Source: Clostridia bacterium (GTDB lineage: Bacteria > Bacillota > Clostridia > RUG12999). Taken from it: 64,000 nucleotides of DNA. The stretch lies in contig JAZQYO010000030.1 in the NCBI GenBank assembly GCA_045633565.1, forward strand, positions 26,075 through 90,074, given 5' to 3'. Shown here one piece after another: positions 31,012-42,369 of the stretch. The notes under the pieces are model-generated. The model did not search any database and was not told the origin of the DNA. It worked only from the letters and a program-made list of their open reading frames with translations. How positions within the stretch are numbered: position 1 is the first letter of the stretch; the number at the start of each line of letters is the position of its first letter. The position numbers and the translations under genes are program-made.

Positions 31012-31465
31012 CGGATATGATGTCCACGCATTCTGCGAAAGCAGAAAGCTTATCCTTGGCGGTGTGGAAATTCCGCATACAAAAGGCCTGCTCGGACATT
31101 CTGATGCGGATGTACTTGTCCATGCAATTATGGATGCACTTTTAGGAGCTGCGTCACTTTCAGATATCGGGCAGCAATTTCCTGATTCAAGTGAAGAATT
31201 TAAGGGGATTGACAGTTTAATACTGCTGAAAAAAGTGGACGGGCTGATTAAAGAAAAAGGCTTTGAAATAGAGAATATTGACAGTATTGTTGTCTGTCAG
31301 AAACCCAAAATTGCAAAATTTATTCCGGACATGAGAAAAAATATTGCTGACTGTCTGGGTATAGATATTGATAAAGTAAATGTAAAGGCAACCACCACCG
31401 AAAAGCTCGGATTTGAGGGCAGGGAGGAAGGCATTTCTTCTTATGCGGTGTGTCTTTTGAAATAG
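30998..31465 (+). CDS. ispF: 2-C-methyl-D-erythritol 2,4-cyclodiphosphate synthase
   Basis: [39 protein letters not shown]; true ATG at 30998. Confidence 0.96.
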   Translation: MRIGNGYDVHAFCESRKLILGGVEIPHTKGLLGHSDADVLVHAIMDALLGAASLSDIGQQFPDSSEEFKGIDSLILLKKVDGLIKEKGFEIENIDSIVVCQKPKIAKFIPDMRKNIADCLGIDIDKVNVKATTTEKLGFEGREEGISSYAVCLLK

Positions 31466-31479
31466 GGGGAATTGTACAA

Positions 31480-33183
31480 ATGAAAATGAGTAAAATGCTT
31501 GTGCCTACACAGCGTGAAGTGCCGGCAGAAGCGGAAATAAAAAGCCATCAGCTTATGCTGAGAGCAGGTATGATGAGAAAATCTGCAGCGGGCATTTATA
31601 ACTATTTGCCGCTGGGACTCAGGACCTTAAGAAAGGTTGAAAACATCATCAGAAAATCAATGGATGAGCATGGTGCAATAGAGGTGCTTATGCCTGCGCT
31701 ACTGCCTGCTGAGTCTTACATGGCATCAGGCAGATGGGAAGTTTTTGGTGACAATATGTTCCGTCTTAAAGACCGTAACGGCAGAGATTTCTGTCTTGGA
31801 CCAACTCATGAAGAGCTTTTCACCGAGCTTGTTAAAAATGAGGTTCATTCTTATAAGGACCTGCCTATGACAATATATCAGATTCAGACCAAATATCGTG
31901 ACGAAAGCCGTCCGAGGTTTGGTATTATGCGTGGCAGAGAATTTGTAATGAAAGATGCGTACAGCTTTGATATGGATGCGGAAGGATTGGACAAGTCCTA
32001 CAAAAATATGTATGCGGCATACTGTCAGGCGTTTGATAAATTAAAACTTGACTATACTATAGTTGATGCCGATTCAGGTGCAATGGGCGGTAGCGGCTCA
32101 CAGGAATTTATGGTTAAATCAGATGTTGGTGAAGACACCATTGCTTACTGTGATGCCTGCGGATATGCGGCAAACAGCGAAAAAGCGGCTTGTGTTCCCG
32201 AAATTATTGAATGTCCTGAAGGCGACCTTGAATTAACTGAAATTCACACACCGAATGTTAAAACCATTGAAGATTTAATGAAATTCTTTAATGCTGACCC
32301 CAAACTCTTTGTAAAAACACTTATTTACCGTGTTGAGGACAGAGTAGTTGCTGTTATGGTAAGAGGGGACAGAGAGGTTAACGAGGTAAAACTTGCAAAC
32401 TATCTTGGCGCAAATGAAATTGAAATGGCTGATGCTCAGACAGTTAACGAAGTTACAAGTGCAGAGGTTGGATTTGCCGGTCCGATAGGCATTAAATGTG
32501 AGCTTTTGATGGACAGTGAAGTTGCAGAAATGAAAAACTTTATTGTCGGAGCAAATAAAACAGATTACCACTATCTCAATGTACAGATTGGCAGAGATTT
32601 CACTCCTGATGCAACCCTTGATTTAAGAACCATTGTGTCGGGTGACAAATGCCCCAAATGCGGCAAGGAAATCAAAACTGCGCAGGGCATCGAGGTTGGT
32701 CACATATTTAAGCTCGGCACAAAATATTCCGAGGCGCTGGGTTGCAGCTTCCTTGACGAAAATGGAAGTGATGTAACTGCAATCATGGGATGTTATGGTA
32801 TTGGTGTAAGCAGATGTATTGCCGCAATTATTGAGCAGAACTGTGATGATAATGGCATTATCTGGCCGGTAGCGGTTGCTCCGTATGAAGCAATTGTTGT
32901 TCCGGTAAACGCAACTGATGAAACACAGGTAGCTGTTGCTGAAGAAATTTACGGAAAGCTTCAGGCTGCCGGTATCGAAGTTGTTATGGACGACAGAGAT
33001 GAGCGTGCAGGCGTTAAGTTTAAAGATGCAGACCTGCTTGGTTTCCCGGTAAGGATTACCGTCGGCAAATTTGCAAAAGAAGGTATTGTGGAATTCAAAC
33101 TCAGAAACTCCGACGAGGTTGTTAAAATATCTCCCGCCGAAGCTGCTGATAAGGCAATAGAATACATTAAATCAGAAAGATAA
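31480..33183 (+). CDS. proS: Prolyl-tRNA synthetase (bacterial type with INS editing domain)
   Basis: [53 protein letters not shown]; ATG at 31480. Confidence 0.97.
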   Translation: MKMSKMLVPTQREVPAEAEIKSHQLMLRAGMMRKSAAGIYNYLPLGLRTLRKVENIIRKSMDEHGAIEVLMPALLPAESYMASGRWEVFGDNMFRLKDRNGRDFCLGPTHEELFTELVKNEVHSYKDLPMTIYQIQTKYRDESRPRFGIMRGREFVMKDAYSFDMDAEGLDKSYKNMYAAYCQAFDKLKLDYTIVDADSGAMGGSGSQEFMVKSDVGEDTIAYCDACGYAANSEKAACVPEIIECPEGDLELTEIHTPNVKTIEDLMKFFNADPKLFVKTLIYRVEDRVVAVMVRGDREVNEVKLANYLGANEIEMADAQTVNEVTSAEVGFAGPIGIKCELLMDSEVAEMKNFIVGANKTDYHYLNVQIGRDFTPDATLDLRTIVSGDKCPKCGKEIKTAQGIEVGHIFKLGTKYSEALGCSFLDENGSDVTAIMGCYGIGVSRCIAAIIEQNCDDNGIIWPVAVAPYEAIVVPVNATDETQVAVAEEIYGKLQAAGIEVVMDDRDERAGVKFKDADLLGFPVRITVGKFAKEGIVEFKLRNSDEVVKISPAEAADKAIEYIKSER

Positions 33184-33196
33184 GAGGCGAAAAACA

Positions 33197-34018
33197 GTGT
33201 CAAATTGTGACAGTTGTGCAAGTAAAGGCACATGCAGCGGAAGCTGCAATAAAATAGAAAAAGAAAAGCTCAATGAGCTGGCAAGTGTTAAAAAGGTTAT
33301 AGGTGTAATGAGCGGTAAGGGTGGCGTAGGCAAATCGTCGGTTACCTCCATGCTCGCAGTTGCACTTTCGAGAATGGGATACAAAACAGGTGTTTTGGAT
33401 GCGGATATTCTGGGCCCTTCAATCCCTAAAATGTTTGGTTTAAAGCCGGGCGTTTCCGGAACTGAAAATTCAATTTTCCCCAAGGAAACACACAACGGAA
33501 TTCAGGTTATGTCGGTAAATCTTCTGCTTGAAAACCCCGAAGACCCTGTTGTTTGGCGAGGCTCTATCGTATCGGGAACGGTAAAACAGTTCTGGACAGA
33601 TGTTGTGTGGAACGACCTTGATTTTCTGTTTATTGATATGCCCCCAGGGACAGGCGATGTACCGCTGACGGTTTTTCAGTCCATTCCGGTTGACGGCGTT
33701 GTTATAGTAACCTCACCGCAGGAACTTGTTAAAGATATTGTCGGAAAATCCTACAATATGACCAAAATGATGGACATTCCGGTAATTGCGTTGGCAGAAA
33801 ACTACAGCTACATCAAATGTCCCGACTGCGACAAGGAAATTTACATTTTTGGTCAGGGAAAAACAGAAGAAGCAGCCAAGCAGTACGGCGTTCCGCTCCT
33901 TGCGAAAATCCCTATGGACAAAAAAATAGCAGAACTTGCTGATGCAGGGGATATGGACAAAGTTGATGTATCTTATGTTCAGACTCTTGCTATGCAGATT
34001 GAGGGTTTACTGAAATAG
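33197..34018 (+). CDS. mrp: Mrp/NBP35 (ApbC) Fe-S cluster carrier ATPase
   Basis: N-terminal CxxCxxxxxCxxxC, SGKGGVGKS, DADILGPS, DMPPGTGD, CPDC. Confidence 0.92.
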   Translation: MSNCDSCASKGTCSGSCNKIEKEKLNELASVKKVIGVMSGKGGVGKSSVTSMLAVALSRMGYKTGVLDADILGPSIPKMFGLKPGVSGTENSIFPKETHNGIQVMSVNLLLENPEDPVVWRGSIVSGTVKQFWTDVVWNDLDFLFIDMPPGTGDVPLTVFQSIPVDGVVIVTSPQELVKDIVGKSYNMTKMMDIPVIALAENYSYIKCPDCDKEIYIFGQGKTEEAAKQYGVPLLAKIPMDKKIAELADAGDMDKVDVSYVQTLAMQIEGLLK

Positions 34019-34022
34019 CATA

Positions 34023-34051
34023 TTGACAAGGTTAGTTTTTCGGAATATAAT
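34023..34051 (+). promoter_or_regulatory. Sigma-A promoter of the pfl leader
   Basis: Perfect TTGACA-N17-TATAAT. Confidence 0.85.
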
Positions 34052-34060
34052 AAAGATATA

Positions 34061-34133
34061 CTTTTACATGACTGACGGTTTCGCGGAGCACCGCGGGGGA
34101 ATGTAAAAGTTTTTAAGCCGACCGTCTGGGCAA
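34061..34133 (+). ncRNA. ZMP/ZTP-sensing (pfl) riboswitch aptamer
   Basis: P1 CTTTTACAT/ATGTAAAAG enclosing GACTGACGG and the GCGGAGCACCGCGGGG hairpin, short linker, then GCCGACCGTCTGGGCA; pseudoknot GACGG/CCGTC; lies upstream of pfl as is typical. Confidence 0.9.
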
Positions 34134-34168
34134 TTCGCGATTTTCCGCGGGTTGCCCTTTTTTGTTTT
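34128..34168 (+). terminator. Riboswitch expression-platform terminator
   Basis: GGGCAATTCGCG-ATTTTC-CGCGGGTTGCCC-TTTTTTGTTTTT overlaps the aptamer 3' GGGCA. Confidence 0.85.
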
Positions 34169-34182
34169 TCTAAAAAGGAGAG

Positions 34183-36414
34183 ATGGCTATGACAGAAAAA
34201 AACTGGAACGGATTTAAAGGTGAACTCTGGAAAAAAGAGATTAATGTTCGTGATTTTATTCAGGCAAACTATAAAGAATATACCGGCGATGCATGTTTTC
34301 TTGCCGGAGCGACAGCACGCACAAATGACCTGATGAAAAAGGTCCGGGCGCTTTTTGCACTTGAAAGGCAGTATGGCGGTGTTTTAGACATTGACACAAC
34401 AACAGTTTCTTCGCTGACCAGCTACTCACCGGGATATGTAGATAAAGACAATGAAATTATCGTAGGTATGCAGACAAACAGGCCACTTAAACGTGGTGTA
34501 AATCCCTTTGGAGGAATGAGAATGGTGCGTCAGGCGTGCGAAGCCTACGGATATAAGCTCAGTTTAAAGGTTGAGGAGGAATTTACCTACCGTACAACCC
34601 ATAATGACGGTGTTTTCCGTGCATATACCGATGAAATGAGACAGGCAAGAAAATGCCATGTTATTACGGGTCTGCCTGACGCTTACGGCAGAGGAAGAAT
34701 AATTGGTGACTATCGCAGAGTTGCACTTTATGGTGTTGACAGACTTATTGAAGAAAAGAAAAAGGATAAATCAAAGCTTGCAAACGGTATTTTTGATACG
34801 GAAAACATCCGGTTGGATGAAGAGCTTTTTCAGCAGATAACCTTTTTGGGATATATGAAGGAAATGGCGGCAATGTACGGGTTTGATATTTCTCGTCCCG
34901 CAGAAAATGCAAGGGAGGCTATTCAGTGGACCTATTTCGCTTATCTTGCTGCGATAAAAGAACAAAACGGTGCTGCAATGTCACTTGGCAGAGTGAGTAC
35001 TTTCTTTGATATTTACATTGAAAGGGATATAGCTGCCGGTATACTCACTGAGGAAACTGCACAGGAGCTTATGGACGATTTTGTTATAAAACTCCGTATG
35101 GCAAGGCACCTCAGAACCCCCGAATATAATGAACTTTTTGGCGGTGACCCCATGTGGATTACCGAAGCGGTAGGAGGTATGGGTGAGGACGGAAGAACGC
35201 TTGTTACAAAAAGCAGCTACCGTATGCTCAACACTCTTTATACTCTCGGCTCATCTCCTGAGCCAAATCTTACGGTACTATGGTCAAATTCGCTGCCGGA
35301 AAATTTCAAAAACTTCTGTGCGAAAGTGTCGGCGGACACCGATTCAATTCAGTATGAAAACGACGATATAATGCGCCCCATTTACGGCGACGATTATGCC
35401 ATTGCCTGCTGCGTATCCGCAATGAAGGTTGGTAAACAGATGCAGTTTTTCGGAGCAAGATGCAACCTTGCAAAACTGCTTCTCATCGCCATTAACGGTG
35501 GTTATGACACCACAAGCGGTATGCACATCGGACCGCAGATGCCTGTGATGGAAAACCTTGAATTTGATAAGGTTATGGAGCGTTTTGATATTTACATTAA
35601 ATGGCTGAGCCATCTTTATGTCAACACCATGAACGTTATCCATTATATGCACGATAAATATGCTTATGAAAAAACGCAGATGGCACTTCACGATACACAG
35701 GTTGAACGCCTGATGGCGTTTGGAATTGCGGGTCTTTCAGTTGTTGCAGATTCGCTCAGCGCAATAAAATATGCAAAGGTTACAGCTGTTAAAAATGAGG
35801 ACGGATTTATAACCGATTTTGAAAGAGAAGGCGATTTCCCCAAATTCGGCAATGATGACGACCGTGTGGACCTTATTGCAAAGGACATGACGCACAGGGT
35901 TATAACAGAGCTTCGGAAAACACCAACCTACAGAAATGCAGTTCACACCCTGTCGGTGCTTACAATAACCTCCAACGTTATGTACGGCAAAAACACAGGG
36001 GCAACCCCGGATGGCAGAGAAGCGTCAGCACCTTTTGCACCGGGTGCAAACCCAATGCATAACAGGGAGGAAAATGGTGCACTGGCATCCCTTAACTCAG
36101 TTGCGAAAATCAGTTATGACGACTGCCGTGACGGTATCTCAAACACATTCTCTATCACCCCCGAAGCGCTTGGCAGAACCGAGGAAGAAAGGACGAAAAA
36201 TCTTGTATCGGTTCTGGACGGTTATTTTGCCAAAAAAGCGCATCATATAAACGTAAACGTACTGAATAGAGAAACTTTGATGAAAGCATACGATGACCCT
36301 GAAAGCTACCCCAATCTTACCATTCGTGTTTCCGGATACGCTGTTAACTTCAACAAGCTGTCCCGTGAACAACAACGTGAGGTCATCAGTCGCACATTCC
36401 ATGAGGCAATGTAG
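34183..36414 (+). CDS. pflB: Pyruvate formate-lyase (formate C-acetyltransferase)
   Basis: [23 protein letters not shown] (Cys-Cys), LTIRVSGY (glycyl radical). Confidence 0.96.
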   Translation: MAMTEKNWNGFKGELWKKEINVRDFIQANYKEYTGDACFLAGATARTNDLMKKVRALFALERQYGGVLDIDTTTVSSLTSYSPGYVDKDNEIIVGMQTNRPLKRGVNPFGGMRMVRQACEAYGYKLSLKVEEEFTYRTTHNDGVFRAYTDEMRQARKCHVITGLPDAYGRGRIIGDYRRVALYGVDRLIEEKKKDKSKLANGIFDTENIRLDEELFQQITFLGYMKEMAAMYGFDISRPAENAREAIQWTYFAYLAAIKEQNGAAMSLGRVSTFFDIYIERDIAAGILTEETAQELMDDFVIKLRMARHLRTPEYNELFGGDPMWITEAVGGMGEDGRTLVTKSSYRMLNTLYTLGSSPEPNLTVLWSNSLPENFKNFCAKVSADTDSIQYENDDIMRPIYGDDYAIACCVSAMKVGKQMQFFGARCNLAKLLLIAINGGYDTTSGMHIGPQMPVMENLEFDKVMERFDIYIKWLSHLYVNTMNVIHYMHDKYAYEKTQMALHDTQVERLMAFGIAGLSVVADSLSAIKYAKVTAVKNEDGFITDFEREGDFPKFGNDDDRVDLIAKDMTHRVITELRKTPTYRNAVHTLSVLTITSNVMYGKNTGATPDGREASAPFAPGANPMHNREENGALASLNSVAKISYDDCRDGISNTFSITPEALGRTEEERTKNLVSVLDGYFAKKAHHINVNVLNRETLMKAYDDPESYPNLTIRVSGYAVNFNKLSREQQREVISRTFHEAM

Positions 36415-36416
36415 TT

Positions 36417-37121
36417 ATGAAGGGAAGAGTACATTCTATTCAGACGCTCGGTACGCTTGACGGACCGGGGGTGAGATTTGTGGTGTTTTTACAAGGGTGC
36501 AATCTGCGCTGCAAATGCTGTCATAACCCGGACACATGGGATGTGTCGGACGGAAAAGTTTTTTCTGCTGATGAGATAGTGAAAAAAGCGGTGAGATATA
36601 AAGAATATTATGGGACAGAAGGCGGAATAACTTTATCAGGTGGGGAACCGCTTTTGCAGGCGGAATTTGCCCGCGAGATTTTTTCTCTTTGCCATAAAGA
36701 AAAAATAAACACCTGTCTTGACACCTCGGGAAGCCTACTGAATGAAAAGGTTAAGGCACTTCTTGAGGAAACCGACCGCGTGCTTCTTGATATAAAATAT
36801 ACAACCGACGAACTTTATCTTGAAAACGCAGGGTGCAGACTAAGTGGGGTGCTGGATTTTCTGTCATACGTTAACGTAAAAAGCATCCCCACAACGCTCA
36901 GACAGGTTATTATTCCTACCATGAATGACAGTGAGGAAAACATTTTACAATTAAAGGAAATTGCAAAAAATCATCCTTGTGTGGACAAAGTTGAGCTTTT
37001 GCCCTTTAAAAAAATATGTCAGACAAAATATGATGAAATGAAAATTCCTTTTCCGCTTAGGCATCTGCCACAGCCGGAAAAGGAACTGATGGAAAAACTG
37101 ACAAAACTCTTTGATGGTTAA
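36417..37121 (+). CDS. pflA: Pyruvate formate-lyase activating enzyme (radical SAM)
   Basis: DGPGVRFVVFLQGCNLRCKCCHNPDTW, GITLSGGEP, LDTSG. Confidence 0.95.
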   Translation: MKGRVHSIQTLGTLDGPGVRFVVFLQGCNLRCKCCHNPDTWDVSDGKVFSADEIVKKAVRYKEYYGTEGGITLSGGEPLLQAEFAREIFSLCHKEKINTCLDTSGSLLNEKVKALLEETDRVLLDIKYTTDELYLENAGCRLSGVLDFLSYVNVKSIPTTLRQVIIPTMNDSEENILQLKEIAKNHPCVDKVELLPFKKICQTKYDEMKIPFPLRHLPQPEKELMEKLTKLFDG

Positions 37122-37124
37122 TAT

Positions 37125-37160
37125 GCAGGGGGATGATTTCACCTTCCCCTGCGTTTTTGT
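37125..37160 (+). terminator. Intrinsic terminator after pflA
   Basis: GCAGGGG...CCCCTGC followed by GTTTTTGT. Confidence 0.7.
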
Positions 37161-37332
37161 TTTCTGCATAAATTTTACCGGAAAGTGCTCTGAAGATACA
37201 TTTATAGTAAAAGTATACAAAAAAATTTTTTAGATATTGTGAAAAATATTATTGATTTTCGCAGTGATTGATGGTATAATTAATTGGTACAACTATTGTT
37301 ATCAATTTTTTTATATCAAAGGAGAGAAAATT

Positions 37333-40300
37333 ATGAGAAAGATTATCAGTACAATGCTTGTTCTCGTAATGGTTCTTTCCGTGTTCACTTCCTTCAGTGC
37401 CGGTGCAGCTCACTGGGCACAGGAAGCTATTGATTATGTAACCGCAAATGGTTACTGGATAGCTTCGGGAGATTTTGAACCGGACAGACCGGCAACAAGA
37501 GCTGAAACAGCATCGCTTTTTGCAAGAATTTTGATTTCCAAAATTCCTGAAAACAATGGTGCTTATGTAGACGTTCCTGCTGACAATATTTACGGCGGTG
37601 ACATTACAGCAGCTTCACTCATGGGTCTTATGGTAGGTTATGACGGAAAGTTCAGACCTGAAGACCTTGTTACAAGAGAAGAACTTGCTTGTATTCTTGA
37701 CAGAGCAGCTAAAATGGTTTCCGACGAATTTGAGGACACCGATTATAATATGGCTCTGCTTAAGGACAGAGACCTGGTAAGTGACTGGGCGCTTCAGAGC
37801 GTTAAGAACGCATCTGAATATGTTCTTATGAAGGGTAAAGGTCACAAGCTGTTTGACCCTAAGGGACAGACAACACGTGCAGAAGTTGCAACTGTTGTTA
37901 AAGCACTTGCTGACATAGCTGATGTTAACAACTCTAAAGTTACAGTTCCTTACACTGTAAGAGACCTTACCTCAAAAGATAATATTCAGGTAGACTTTGA
38001 TGTTCTTCAGTCTGCAAGACCTCAAATGAGTTCCGGCTTCGGTGGTTTTGCAATGATGGCTCGTCTTTCCGGCGGCACACAGAACATCTATCTGCAGAGA
38101 ATTCACTATGACAGACAGAGTATGAGCGCAATGGCTCATCCCCCTTCACGTGTTCGTATAGAAGACCCCAATGGTAACGTTGTTTGCCGTGTTGATATGG
38201 ACTATAAAGAAGGTAACATGGAAAAAATTGTTACCCTTACAAATGCACCTGAAGGTATTTACAGGGTTATATTTGTATCCGGTTCAACACTTGATACCAT
38301 GTCCATCGGTTTCCAGCAGCCTATAAGTTGGGGATTTGTTCCGCTTGACATGTTCCACTTCACATCTACACAGGCTCAGCCCGACTGGTACTTCTATGTA
38401 CCTAAAAAGTTTGCAATGCTTGCATACGGTATCGGTGGTGCAGGTGCAACAGCACAGATTTGGACCAAAGACGGCAGAACCCGTCTTCAGACAACCGACG
38501 TTTCAACAGGTACATACTATCAGAAAAGAAAGTCTATAACAACTCTCACACCTGATACAGTTTATATGATGAAACTTCCTGAAAAATTCACAGGAATGTT
38601 TGGTATGGTTGGTATTTCTGCGCTTATGTGCCCAACACCTGAAATGGCTGAGGACTTAAAGGGTGGATACATTTACTATTCCGATGAATATGGCGACTGG
38701 CAGTTTGAAGGTCCCAAACAGGCTGAAGCAAGAAAGCTTGCGGTTCAAATATACGAAGAAAATAAAGACAACCTCGAGGTTGACCTTGATAGTCTCGGCG
38801 TTCCCAGTGAACCTCCCGCAAGAGGCACTCTTGACAACCCGAGAGCAGAAGCAATGCTCTATTCTGCATATTTCGGTTCCATCAACGGTACTAAAGAAAA
38901 CCTTCAGAAACAGTGTCTTGACCCCACAAGCCCCTGGTTCGGTGGATTCAGAACTATGGCTGAAAACACAGGTGAGACAGACCCGCCGGAATTTGACTGG
39001 CAGCATCGTTTCACCCACGATAGAGGCGGCGGCATGAGCAGAAGTCTGGTCGGCGCACTCACAATCAATGCTGAAATTAACTATTGGTATGCTAACCCCG
39101 TGCTCCAGAAGAGACTTGAACTTGCTTGGCTGGGTCGTGCTATGCAGATTGGTTCAACAGGCCACCACACAGCTGCAAACCCAACGGCAGAAGCCGGATG
39201 TAGTAACTATTTCAGACAGCACGAAAACTTCCAGTTCGGTGAACAGGGCTGGATTCACGGCTACTATTATTCCAAGAACTGGCTGTCACCCAGAGTAAAA
39301 GCTTTAACAGATGACCTTTTCCACAGAGACGCTGAAGCCGTTTGTATGGCACAGGGTCAGGGTGTATCCAACCAGATGTTCATGCACGTTCAGGGTTCTC
39401 AGTATTCATATATGTGCTTTAATGATGAATTCTTCCACGAATGGTTTGCAAGAGATATAGCAGCTATCAAATACCCGTCCTCACAGCCCGGTTACCTCGG
39501 TCAGGTATCACCTCAGGGTTACTGGACAGAGTCTGGTGGTCCGGACGGCGGTTCTTACGGACGAATGGCAGAAGCAATGTGGGATGACTTTACAATGAAC
39601 TATCTCACAATGCCCGAAGAAAAACAGCGTCCTGAAGTTGTTGCAGACCTTAAAGAAGCAACAGAACGCTTCCTTATGTGGGATAGCCAGTGGTATGCTC
39701 AGCGTGTAGGCAAATTCCAAGCAAGACGCTCCAACGCATGGACATCCCGTGAACCTGCCGGCATGGGTGGCGGTTCTGCGCTCCCCGGCAACTCATACAT
39801 TCAGTACTTCTTCCCGAGAGCTATGGCTAACCATGACGCTCAGGTTGCAGGTGTTGAAGACCCCGATACATTTACAGACCCGTACAATGATGCTGCTGCA
39901 AGCACATGTGCGGCGGTTATCACCTCTGATGAGTGGGCATATCAATATATTGAAAAAACAGTATGGCCAAAATATTTCAAGAGAGTCAGAGATGACAGAG
40001 CGGACTCTTATGTAGGCGGTTCTTCCTGGTCACAATATAAGGCACTTCACTTAGGTGGCGCAACATTTGACTATTCAGAAGTTCCGGTGCTTCCTTATGT
40101 AATGGAAGGCAATTACAACATTTATGACCTTCCGGGCGGTTCAATCGCTGCAAAACATGACGGTCTTTATGTTTTAACTTACTACAACAACGACATCGGT
40201 AACAGATTTGCAGGCAAAGCATGGATTCATCCGGGTCCTACTCAGATGTGGGATGAATACTTCAGTACAATCTCATCATCTATGGAACCTCTGAGCCGTA

Positions 40301-40887
40301 AAGGTCTCAGTGATGGTATGAATGCCTCCGGATACCGTGATGCAAGCTGCAACGACTACAGACAGTGGCAGGTTGAACCCGAAATTGTTCACATGACAAT
40401 TCTTGGTTTCAATGACGGTGGTCAGCTCTTTATGGAAGGTAAGGGCGAAGCTGTATGTAACTGGATTGAAGAAGGTAAATCCTGGGCAATCACTCATACA
40501 GACCCGTTCTCACTCAGAAATACAACCTGGAAATACTTCATGCATGACGAAGGCTGGACATTTGAAGCCGGCTTTGATGATGGTGTATTAGACGGCGAAG
40601 ACCTTTGGGTACAGATTCCGCTTAATGACCCCAGCATTGACGTTCCTGAAGCACAGTTCATTTATGACGCTGAAGCTCGTCAGGTTATTATGGAACACGA
40701 AGGTCACACTGTAACATTCTCATGGGATGAAGGTATCGAATCCAAAATTGAGAATAAAAAAGGAGATTCTGACCCGCTCAGATGTCTCAAACTTAAACTC
40801 ACACCCGAACATCCGTTTGCAAGATTCCATGTTACAAGAGATATGGGCGATTACGTATTCGTTCGCGGAGTTCGTGACGGTAAATAA
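37333..40887 (+). CDS. Large secreted S-layer-homology (SLH) domain protein with an uncharacterised ~950-aa C-terminal region
   Basis: ATG at 37333 after AAGGAG; signal peptide ending AGA; three SLH repeats (HWAQEAI..FEPDRPATRAE; FRPEDLVTREE; VSDWA..FDPKGQTTRAE). Confidence 0.85.
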   Translation: MRKIISTMLVLVMVLSVFTSFSAGAAHWAQEAIDYVTANGYWIASGDFEPDRPATRAETASLFARILISKIPENNGAYVDVPADNIYGGDITAASLMGLMVGYDGKFRPEDLVTREELACILDRAAKMVSDEFEDTDYNMALLKDRDLVSDWALQSVKNASEYVLMKGKGHKLFDPKGQTTRAEVATVVKALADIADVNNSKVTVPYTVRDLTSKDNIQVDFDVLQSARPQMSSGFGGFAMMARLSGGTQNIYLQRIHYDRQSMSAMAHPPSRVRIEDPNGNVVCRVDMDYKEGNMEKIVTLTNAPEGIYRVIFVSGSTLDTMSIGFQQPISWGFVPLDMFHFTSTQAQPDWYFYVPKKFAMLAYGIGGAGATAQIWTKDGRTRLQTTDVSTGTYYQKRKSITTLTPDTVYMMKLPEKFTGMFGMVGISALMCPTPEMAEDLKGGYIYYSDEYGDWQFEGPKQAEARKLAVQIYEENKDNLEVDLDSLGVPSEPPARGTLDNPRAEAMLYSAYFGSINGTKENLQKQCLDPTSPWFGGFRTMAENTGETDPPEFDWQHRFTHDRGGGMSRSLVGALTINAEINYWYANPVLQKRLELAWLGRAMQIGSTGHHTAANPTAEAGCSNYFRQHENFQFGEQGWIHGYYYSKNWLSPRVKALTDDLFHRDAEAVCMAQGQGVSNQMFMHVQGSQYSYMCFNDEFFHEWFARDIAAIKYPSSQPGYLGQVSPQGYWTESGGPDGGSYGRMAEAMWDDFTMNYLTMPEEKQRPEVVADLKEATERFLMWDSQWYAQRVGKFQARRSNAWTSREPAGMGGGSALPGNSYIQYFFPRAMANHDAQVAGVEDPDTFTDPYNDAAASTCAAVITSDEWAYQYIEKTVWPKYFKRVRDDRADSYVGGSSWSQYKALHLGGATFDYSEVPVLPYVMEGNYNIYDLPGGSIAAKHDGLYVLTYYNNDIGNRFAGKAWIHPGPTQMWDEYFSTISSSMEPLSRKGLSDGMNASGYRDASCNDYRQWQVEPEIVHMTILGFNDGGQLFMEGKGEAVCNWIEEGKSWAITHTDPFSLRNTTWKYFMHDEGWTFEAGFDDGVLDGEDLWVQIPLNDPSIDVPEAQFIYDAEARQVIMEHEGHTVTFSWDEGIESKIENKKGDSDPLRCLKLKLTPEHPFARFHVTRDMGDYVFVRGVRDGK

Positions 40888-40896
40888 TAAAACTAA

Positions 40897-40935
40897 AATC
40901 CACCCTTCGGCTGATTGCCGGAGGGTGATTGTTTT
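40897..40935 (+). terminator. Intrinsic terminator after the SLH gene
   Basis: CACCCTTCGGC-TGATT-GCCGGAGGGTG followed by ATTGTTTT. Confidence 0.7.
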
Positions 40936-40939
40936 ATAT

Positions 40940-40994
40940 GTAGGGAACGGATTTATCCGTTCCTTTTTGAGGAATGCATAAATGCATTCCCTAC
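40940..40994. repeat. GTAG-type REP doublet (REPIN-like), copy 1
   Basis: GTAG-GGAACGGAT-TT-ATCCGTTCC, 7-nt spacer, then inverted unit GGAATGCAT-AA-ATGCATTCC-CTAC. Confidence 0.75.
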
Positions 40995-41096
40995 TTGACA
41001 AAGAGCCATATTATAATGTAAAATAGATAATAGATTATTATGCAATTTTATAAGGAGAGGTATGTCTCTTCTTAGGAGAAAGGTTTTGTAAAAACA

Positions 41097-42323
41097 ATGA
41101 AAAAAATTGAACTTCTTGCGCCTGCGGGCAGCCTTTCAAAACTTAAAACTGCGGTTTACTACGGTGCCGATGCGGTTTATGTCGGCGGAGATTCCTTTTC
41201 GCTGAGAACAGCGGCGGAAAACTTTTCCCTTGATGAACTTAAAGAGGGGATTGATTTTGCGCATAAGCACGATGTTAAAGTTTATCTTGCCTTAAACTGT
41301 TATCCGCACAATGTGGATATTGAGCCGCTGAAGAATTATATTTCAGAAATTGCCAAAACTGATATTGATGCGGTAATTGTTGCAGACCTTGGCACTTTTG
41401 TGCTGGTAAGTGAACTTGCACCGAGACTTGAAATCCATATCAGTACCCAGGCTAACACCGTCAACCATGTTACGGCGGCGTCCTGGTACAAAATGGGAGC
41501 AAAACGTGTTGTTCTTGCCAGAGAGCTTACTTTTGATGAGATAAAAGAAATAAGAAATAAAACGGCAGTAGGTCTTGAACTTGAAATGTTTGTTCACGGA
41601 GCGATGTGCGTGTCTTATTCTGGCAGATGTCTCTTAAGCAACTACCTGGCAAACAGAGACGGCAACTCGGGTGACTGTGCACAGCCTTGCCGTTGGAATT
41701 ACAGCCTTGTTGAGGAAAAACGCCCCGGAGAATACCTTTCTTTAGAGGAAGGTGAGCGTGGAAGCTTTATTTTCAATTCCAAGGACCTCTGTCTTATAAA
41801 ACGAATCCCTGAGCTTGCCCAAGCGGGTGTTTCCAGCCTTAAAATTGAGGGCAGAGTGAAAACTGAGTATTATGTGGCTTCGGTAGTTAAAATTTACCGT
41901 GAGGCGATAGACGCATATTACCGCGACCCGGAAAATTTCCGGTTCAAACAGGAATGGTATGACGAACTTTGCAAGGTCAGCCATCGCCCATATTGGGAAG
42001 GTTTCTGCTTTGGTGACGAGCTTGGTCAGAATTACGCAAGTTCAAATTACATCAGGGAATATGATGTTGTAGGCGTTTTAAAAAGCTATGATGAAGCAAC
42101 GGGAATTGCTGAAATTATCCAGCGGAACAGATTTTTCCGTGGTGATGAAATTGAGGTAATTGCACCGTATGCCGAAGGATTTTACAGCTTTTACGCAGAT
42201 TTTATGCAGGATGAAAAGGGATACGACATAAATGCAGCGCCCCATGCGGAAATGATTGTCCGCCTTATGCCGGGCAGAAAGCTTATGCCCAATTCCATTT
42301 TAAGAAAAAAGAGAGAAGAATAG
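41097..42323 (+). CDS. U32 family 'peptidase' (TrhP/YegQ-like Fe-S hydroxylation factor)
   Basis: IELLAPAGS, GADAVY, HISTQ, VLAREL, VHGAMCVSYSGRC, CAQPCRW, KIEGR. Confidence 0.92.
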   Translation: MKKIELLAPAGSLSKLKTAVYYGADAVYVGGDSFSLRTAAENFSLDELKEGIDFAHKHDVKVYLALNCYPHNVDIEPLKNYISEIAKTDIDAVIVADLGTFVLVSELAPRLEIHISTQANTVNHVTAASWYKMGAKRVVLARELTFDEIKEIRNKTAVGLELEMFVHGAMCVSYSGRCLLSNYLANRDGNSGDCAQPCRWNYSLVEEKRPGEYLSLEEGERGSFIFNSKDLCLIKRIPELAQAGVSSLKIEGRVKTEYYVASVVKIYREAIDAYYRDPENFRFKQEWYDELCKVSHRPYWEGFCFGDELGQNYASSNYIREYDVVGVLKSYDEATGIAEIIQRNRFFRGDEIEVIAPYAEGFYSFYADFMQDEKGYDINAAPHAEMIVRLMPGRKLMPNSILRKKREE

Positions 42324-42369
42324 GAGATTCTTCGGTAACGTTTGTTTTCTTAGAATGGCAGGAAGTAAC

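Noticed and set aside
29818-31465. carD directly followed by ispD-ispF without the PIN/TRAM gene often found between them
   Set aside because: Simple gene-order variation; no remnant or scar is visible in the 3-nt gap
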